From assembly GCA_034190465.1 (NCBI GenBank), contig JAXINV010000027.1, positions 1-32,091 of the forward strand: a DNA stretch of 32,091 nt, written 5' to 3'. This DNA is from Candidatus Asbonarchaeum danakilense (GTDB lineage: Archaea; Nanohalarchaeota; Nanosalinia; Nanosalinales; Nanoanaerosalinaceae). Under the pieces are notes generated by a model. It worked only from the letters and a program-made list of their open reading frames with translations. It searched no databases and was not told the DNA's origin. Within the stretch, counting starts at the first letter, position 1. Every line of letters starts with the position of its first letter. Of the stretch, positions 27,108 through 32,091 are shown piece by piece. The translations under genes were made by a program, and so were the position numbers.

Positions 27108-27950
27108 ATGGCTGACTACGATGCGCTGCTGGACGACCTGGAGGAACGCGACGTTCACAACACCGGCGAGACCCACCTCTTCGACATGGAGGATGAGACG
27201 GTGGACAAGCTGTACGACAAGGTGCAGACGAAGGCCGAGCCCGCCGTCAACCGGGAACAGAAGGTCTCAAAAAAGGACATCCTGTCAGCCGTCGAACAGG
27301 CAGAGGGCTCCACGCTGCTGGTCTACGACGGCGACGCGAAACGGCTCTGGGGCGCTGTCCCGGAGCTGGAGGACGAGCACGACTTCGCCTACGCGGCAGC
27401 CACACCGGAACGCGCCGATCTGGAGACGCTCGCCGAGCGCTCGATCCTGCCGTGGCACGAGACGGAGCGGGAGGCACTGCCGACGATGATCCGGGAGATG
27501 GGCGCCGCGTTCAGCCGTGTCAAGGATCTGGGCTACGACGATCTGGAGTCGTTCTACGAAGACCGGCGGCAGGACGGCGACAACCTGGCGGTCGGCATCG
27601 AGAAGACGGAGGTGTCGGAGCTGTACGGCCGGGAGGACGACCAGGCGATCTACGACGCGCTGCGGGATGAGATCGACCGCGGCTCGTTCGACAGCGTGGT
27701 CTACGTCAAGGAAAACATGGACACGACACAGGCGAAGCGCTCGCTGCGGCGGGACGGGGACCAGCCGTGGAAGGGCTTCCTCCGCCACGCCAACCAGCAG
27801 GGCTGCAGTGTCGATCTGGTCGAGCTGTCACACGGCAACTACGGCGAGCTCCGGGACGAGGTGAAACAGCACCTGCAGATGGAGCGGATGCAGGAGCTGG
27901 CGGAGCAAGCTGCTGCACAGGAACAGGCCGCCTACTCGCCGAGGCAGTAG
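27108..27950 (+). CDS. Acidic hypothetical protein, no recognised family
   Basis: 280-aa ORF with host-like codon use and D/E richness; ATG 27108. Confidence 0.75.
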   Translation: MADYDALLDDLEERDVHNTGETHLFDMEDETVDKLYDKVQTKAEPAVNREQKVSKKDILSAVEQAEGSTLLVYDGDAKRLWGAVPELEDEHDFAYAAATPERADLETLAERSILPWHETEREALPTMIREMGAAFSRVKDLGYDDLESFYEDRRQDGDNLAVGIEKTEVSELYGREDDQAIYDALRDEIDRGSFDSVVYVKENMDTTQAKRSLRRDGDQPWKGFLRHANQQGCSVDLVELSHGNYGELRDEVKQHLQMERMQELAEQAAAQEQAAYSPRQ

Positions 27951-28327
27951 ATCTCCAGGCTGCGTGACCTCGGGCCATCGGTCTCGATGAGGAGGATGTC
28001 CTGCCAGGTGCCGAGCTGGAGCTTTCCGTCCTCGACAGGGATCACGTGGTCGCTGCCGGCCAGGATCGTGGTGAGATGTGACGAGGCGTTGTCCTCGGCG
28101 CCGCGGTTGTGGCGGTAGTCGCCGTCGGCGGGGAACAGGTCGTCGAACCGGTCCAGCATGTCCTGCTTCAGCCCGGATTCGTCCTCGTTGATCGCCAGGG
28201 CGGCGGTCGTGTGCGGGCAGAACACGAGGCAGAGCCCGTCGTCGATCTTGACCGCATCCTGGACCTGTTGTGTCACGTTGATGACTCCTTCTTCAGGTGT
28301 CCGCTCGGTTATCGATCCATGGTGCAT
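27932..28327 (-). CDS. yjbQ: YjbQ/UPF0047 family protein
   Basis: PHTTA..INE, Y.H...DNA.SH, LGTWQ, E.DGPR. Confidence 0.9.
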   Translation of the reverse strand: MHHGSITERTPEEGVINVTQQVQDAVKIDDGLCLVFCPHTTAALAINEDESGLKQDMLDRFDDLFPADGDYRHNRGAEDNASSHLTTILAGSDHVIPVEDGKLQLGTWQDILLIETDGPRSRSLEIYCLGE

Positions 28328-28337
28328 CGCGATCAAC

Positions 28338-28775
28338 TCAGCTGAACGGTGTGAACAGCCGGTCGAGCTTGGCGTCGACGAACTTCTCGAACCGTGAGTC
28401 GAACAGCGGTCGGAGGTCCTCGACGCAGTGCCGGCCTGACGAGGTCAGCAGCTTGCCGAAGTCCCGGCGGTAGGCATGGAAGATGGTGACGTCCTCCCTG
28501 AGCAGGTGCTGGAACTCCTTGTTCAGCTCCTTGCCGTGCTCGTCGAAGTCGGTCAGGATGACCAGACGGTCGGTCACCCGTGCCACGGTCTCGGCGAACG
28601 GCTCAGGGCTGCGGCCGCCGCTGGTAAAGATCCGGGACTCCGCGCCCAGTCGGCGGAGGACGCGCTTGTCCGATTCACCTTCCACGATGATCGCGTCCAC
28701 GTTGTCGTCCATCCGCTGGACGAACCTGCGGACACGTTCACGGTACTCGTACTCCTCGTCGGGGAACGGCTTCAT
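28338..28775 (-). CDS. Small Toprim-domain protein
   Basis: IIVEGESD and ILTDFDEHG motifs. Confidence 0.85.
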   Translation of the reverse strand: MKPFPDEEYEYRERVRRFVQRMDDNVDAIIVEGESDKRVLRRLGAESRIFTSGGRSPEPFAETVARVTDRLVILTDFDEHGKELNKEFQHLLREDVTIFHAYRRDFGKLLTSSGRHCVEDLRPLFDSRFEKFVDAKLDRLFTPFS

Positions 28776-28845
28776 GGGAGGAGTTAGGCGTGCATCGTTT
28801 AAAAGTGCAGCGCCTGTGAAGAGAAAGATCGGGGGTGGAGGGAGC

Positions 28846-29223
28846 TTACTCCTCCACGGCGACGGCGTTCAGCACGCCTTCCTGGCCGGGCCGGGATGTC
28901 ACGCGGGCCTTGCCCTCGGATGTCTGGAGGACGGTGCCCTTGGTGATGATGTTCCGGCGCACGTAGTCAGGGTTGGCGTCGTTCTCCAGCACGGATTCGA
29001 TCTCCGCGCTGACGACCTCGCCGTCCTTCGCGACGTTGACGGTATCTGTGCTCCGCAGGGCGATCTTCTCTGTCTCGCCTCGGGAGTCCCGCCGCTTCGT
29101 CTTCGTCTCGTCGAGCTTCGTGGCTGCGAACTCGCCACCGAGGTTCCGTTTCTTCAGCTTAGAGTGCGGCCGGGTCCTGCCGCCGGATTTCTTCCTGTCA
29201 GAGTCACCGTGTACGACTGCCAT
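28846..29223 (-). CDS. rps8e: 30S ribosomal protein S8e
   Basis: RKKSGG, ANPDYVRRNIITKG, ARVTSRPGQEGVLNAV. Confidence 0.96.
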   Translation of the reverse strand: MAVVHGDSDRKKSGGRTRPHSKLKKRNLGGEFAATKLDETKTKRRDSRGETEKIALRSTDTVNVAKDGEVVSAEIESVLENDANPDYVRRNIITKGTVLQTSEGKARVTSRPGQEGVLNAVAVEE

Positions 29224-29315
29224 GGATGATCACACCGTGGAACGGTGCTGCAACATTTTTAAACCTGCGTGGCGTCCAGCCCCTGTTTCTCCGGGCATCT
29301 CCCTGCAGCAGGCTG

Positions 29316-31124
29316 TCACTGGTGTTCCTGGACGACGATGGCCTCCATCTCGCTGAGGTGATCCCGGTAGGTGTCGATCGCGTCCTCGACCGGGTCCGGC
29401 TCGGAGAGGTCGACGCCGGCGTCCTCCAGCAGGTTGAGCGCGTAGTCGCTCCCACCACTGCGGAGGAAGTCCCGATACCGTTCTGCCGCGTCCGGGTCAT
29501 CGGGATCGGTGATCTGGTCCGTCAGGCTGAGCGCTGCTGAGATGCCTGTGGCGTACTGGTAGACGTAGAACGGCTTGTAGAAGTGGTGGATCCGCATCCA
29601 GCCCTTGTCGGTGAACGGTGCGTCCTGATCGGTGCTGGAGTAGTCCTCGCGGACACCGCCGTAAAGATCGTCCAGCCTGTCAGCGGTCAGGGTACCACCG
29701 TCCTCGACGGCCTCGTGGATCTGTTGCTCGAAGTCGGCGAACATCGTCTGGGTGAACAGGGTGCCCTCGATGTTCTGCAGCTGCTGGCTGAGCACGTGCC
29801 GCCGCATGTATTCATCCTCGGTCTCCTCCAGCAGGTGTCTGGTCAGCAACGCCTCGTGAACGGTGGAGGCGACCTCGGCGGTAAAGATGTTGTAGTTGGC
29901 ATTGACGTACTCTTGATGTTCGTTGGCATGCTTGGAGTGCATCGAGTGGCCGAGTTCGTGCGCCAGGGTGTACAGTGAGTCCAGATCGTCCTCGTAGTTC
30001 ATCATCAGGAACGGCTGGGTGTCGTACGTGCCCCAGCTGAACGCGCCTGACCGCTTGCCCTTGTTCGGCTTGGCGTCGATCCAGCCCTCCTCGAAGCCCT
30101 GTTCCAGCTGCTCGACGTAGTCTTCACCGAGCGGCGCCATTGCCTCGAGGATGATCCCTTTGGCTTCGTCGTACTCGATCTCGGGTGGTTCGCCTTCCGC
30201 CACCGGCATGTAGCCGTCCCACGGCTTGAGCTCGTCCAGGCCCAGGACCGCCTGTTTGAGCCGCTTCTTCCTGTCGAAGACGTCGCTGTTGTCCTTGACG
30301 GTCTCTATCAGGTTCTCGTACACCTCCTCGGGCACCTTCTTGCCTTTCAGGGCACGGTGCAGTGAGGAGTCGTAGCCGCGGATGTCGGCCCGCTTGGTGG
30401 TGGTCGCGATCTTGTTGTGGAGGTTGGTGGCGAGCGTGGTGTCGAACTGGGAGAACGTCTCGCCGTATTTGCGGTAGACCTCTTCCCTGAACTCCCGGTC
30501 CTGGTGCTTGAGCAGCTTGACGCGGGAGGAGTGGTTGACCTCGACCTCGTCGCCGTCGGGTGTCTCCACGGTCGGGAACTCGATGTCGGCGTTCATGAGG
30601 GACTGCTGCACGTCCTGTTCGTTGTCCAGCCCGACACCGATCTCGGAGAGGATCTCTTCCTGTTCCTTGGACAGTGTATGCTCCGCCATGCGGAAGAGGC
30701 TGTCGAGGTAGTGGTCGTAGGTCTGGAGGCCGTCGTGCTGCTCGACCATGGACATGACCTCGTCCTGGTCGGCCTGTTCGAGTTCGGGTGTGATGAAGCT
30801 CTTGACGCTGGCGGATTCTGAACCAAGGTCATCGGCGCGTGAGGCCATCTCACGGTATCTGGAACGCCGCGTGTCCTCGCGCTTCCGTGCCTTGGCGTAG
30901 AACTTGAGCGTGGCGATGTCGCGGCTGATCTCGTTCTTGAGCTGGAGTGCGTCGTAGAGAGTCTCTGCGTCCTCGGTCAGCCGGCCCTCGTATTCTTGCA
31001 TCTGTTCGAGCTTGTCTTCGACGGCCTGGTAGTCCTGCTCCCATTCGTCCTCGTCGTCGTAGACGGTTTCCAGCGCCCATTTGAATCGTTCGTCGATTTC
31101 GTCGCGTTCGGGGACGTCCGACAT
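29316..31124 (-). CDS. pepF: Oligoendopeptidase F (M3B)
   Basis: GKRSGAF, TLAHELGHSMH, AEVAS, HFY..FYVYQYATG; 602 aa. Confidence 0.95.
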   Translation of the reverse strand: MSDVPERDEIDERFKWALETVYDDEDEWEQDYQAVEDKLEQMQEYEGRLTEDAETLYDALQLKNEISRDIATLKFYAKARKREDTRRSRYREMASRADDLGSESASVKSFITPELEQADQDEVMSMVEQHDGLQTYDHYLDSLFRMAEHTLSKEQEEILSEIGVGLDNEQDVQQSLMNADIEFPTVETPDGDEVEVNHSSRVKLLKHQDREFREEVYRKYGETFSQFDTTLATNLHNKIATTTKRADIRGYDSSLHRALKGKKVPEEVYENLIETVKDNSDVFDRKKRLKQAVLGLDELKPWDGYMPVAEGEPPEIEYDEAKGIILEAMAPLGEDYVEQLEQGFEEGWIDAKPNKGKRSGAFSWGTYDTQPFLMMNYEDDLDSLYTLAHELGHSMHSKHANEHQEYVNANYNIFTAEVASTVHEALLTRHLLEETEDEYMRRHVLSQQLQNIEGTLFTQTMFADFEQQIHEAVEDGGTLTADRLDDLYGGVREDYSSTDQDAPFTDKGWMRIHHFYKPFYVYQYATGISAALSLTDQITDPDDPDAAERYRDFLRSGGSDYALNLLEDAGVDLSEPDPVEDAIDTYRDHLSEMEAIVVQEHQ

Positions 31125-31320
31125 CGTGTATCAACGCTCCCTCCCTGCGGACCCGATGCTTTTATTTTTACTGCCGAAGGTACGTAACACTTCACGGCGT
31201 GACGTCGGGGACATCGGACGTGAGTGGTGCTGACGAGGGTCTGGTCCAGGGAGGGCGTGGTCTCCCGGGAGTGGCTTTATATATCTTGGTGTCGTATCGG
31301 GTGGTGAAGGTGTTTTTAAC

Positions 31321-31557
31321 GTGTCTCAGCGACCTCTGGATGTTTTAGATGCAGCAAAAGGCGATCAGGTACTTGTGAAACTGAAGGCGCGGGGTGACGA
31401 GGAGGAGCCCACGATGATCTCGGGCACCCTCAAGGCGTTCGACCTCCACCTAAACATGTGGCTCGAGGACGCACAGATGGAGGATTCCGCGAGCCAGACA
31501 CAGTACGGCAAGCTGCTGGTACGGGGCGACAACGTGATGGTCGTCTCACCGGAGTGA
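31321..31557 (+). CDS. Sm-like archaeal protein (SmAP1/LSm)
   Basis: RPLDVL, GTLKAFDLHLN..LEDA, VRGDNV; CTTTATATAT box upstream; GTG start. Confidence 0.92.
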   Translation: MSQRPLDVLDAAKGDQVLVKLKARGDEEEPTMISGTLKAFDLHLNMWLEDAQMEDSASQTQYGKLLVRGDNVMVVSPE

Positions 31558-31568
31558 GGTGATCGACG

Positions 31569-31742
31569 ATGCCAAAAGAAGGAAAGCTGCACAGCGGGAA
31601 GCAGAACCAGAAGACGCACGGTAAATGCCGGCGCTGCGGGAAGAAGGCGTTCCACGTGAAGAAGAAGGTCTGCGCTTCCTGCGGGTTCGGCGAGTCCAAG
31701 AAGCGACGCGACTTCGAATGGTCGAAGGACCGGAAGGAGTGA
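31569..31742 (+). CDS. rpl37e: 50S ribosomal protein L37e
   Basis: Hand translation [41 protein letters not shown]...; the Sm1-L37e pair is a conserved archaeal arrangement; GAGGTGA SD. Confidence 0.95.
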   Translation: MPKEGKLHSGKQNQKTHGKCRRCGKKAFHVKKKVCASCGFGESKKRRDFEWSKDRKE

Positions 31743-31778
31743 CCGCGCCGCATCCAGGGGACGCGACCACCGCTATCT

Positions 31779-31790
31779 CTTAAAAATATT
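31779..31790 (+). promoter_or_regulatory. TATA-like box upstream of the structured non-coding region
   Basis: CTTAAAAATATT about 25-30 nt before the first hairpin. Confidence 0.55.
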
Positions 31791-31810
31791 GCTCGCGGCA
31801 ACCTCTCCTG

Positions 31811-32091
31811 TACCGTCCACCGACGGACGGGAACTCGCCCCCGGCGATGCCTGTTGAGCGCGCAGCGCGAACGCAGGCTGCATGATCAAACGCTGCGGCG
31901 TTTGGGCTGGTAGCTCAGTCCGGCACTCGGGTTACGCTCCGAGGACGCAAGGCCGGGATTCGCTGACGCGAACCCGGCACAAACCTTCCAGCCGGTTCTG
32001 TTGAACCGGCTCTGTTGATCGAACTGACTGCAGTTCGGGCTGGTAGCTCAGTCCGGCACTCGGGTTACGCTCCGAGGACGCAAGGCCGGGA
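31811..32091 (+). ncRNA. Putative structured RNA containing tRNA 5'-end-like units (runs off the window)
   Basis: Back-to-back hairpins, no ORF; GGGCTGGTAGCTCAGTCCGGCA matches tRNA positions ~1-21, but no cloverleaf can be completed. Confidence 0.55.
31904..32091 (+). repeat. Exact 55-nt direct repeat (31904-31958 = 32037-32091), period 133 nt
   Basis: Direct base-by-base comparison; the second copy is cut by the window end. Confidence 0.95.

Noticed and set aside
31125..31320. Possible RNA gene between pepF and Sm1
   Set aside because: Only divergent TATA-like boxes are evident; no tRNA, SRP or RNase P signature is recognisable.
31904..31994. Complete tRNA gene (GGGCTGG pairing with CCAGCCG at 31988-31994)
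   Set aside because: No canonical anticodon arm or T-loop can be folded at the right spacing and the first base pair mismatches; kept only as a tRNA-like fragment.
31904..32091. CRISPR array
   Set aside because: The repeat is at least 55 nt, only two copies are visible, the 78-nt spacer is itself structured, and no cas genes are present.

Overview
GC-rich archaeal DNA encoding a strongly acidic ('salt-in') proteome. The eS8, eL37 and AtpA N-termini do not look like those of Halobacteria, so a Nanohaloarchaeota/DPANN-like halophile is my best inference (not proven). Left to right: (i) a redox/ion-homeostasis block (partial glutaredoxin, a foreign-looking DoxX + membrane-anchored protein pair, CPA2 antiporter, APC permease, a ZIP-like gene broken by an in-frame TGA, thioredoxin, thioredoxin reductase, a 42-aa rubredoxin-like protein, a C2H2-finger/wHTH protein, beta-carbonic anhydrase); (ii) a complete A-type ATP synthase operon H-I-K-E-C-F-A-B-D; (iii) VanZ, PduO, Nudix, a dUTPase/dCTP deaminase-like protein and an isochorismatase-like protein lacking catalytic residues; (iv) a 2-oxoacid (probably pyruvate) dehydrogenase operon plus an M24 peptidase; (v) metallophosphoesterase, an orphan ORF, YjbQ, Toprim, eS8, PepF, Sm1 and eL37; (vi) a hairpin-rich non-coding region at the window end with two tandem tRNA-5'-end-like units. 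The most unusual items are the terminal structured repeat with compensatory base changes and the modified ATP synthase operon. That operon has a family-4 uracil-DNA glycosylase inserted between atpC and atpF, a 19-codon ORF bridging atpA and atpB, a C2H2 zinc finger fused to subunit D, and a trailing 35-aa membrane microprotein. No transposase, integrase, CRISPR array, rRNA or complete tRNA is recognisable. All calls come from motifs read by eye; no searches were run.
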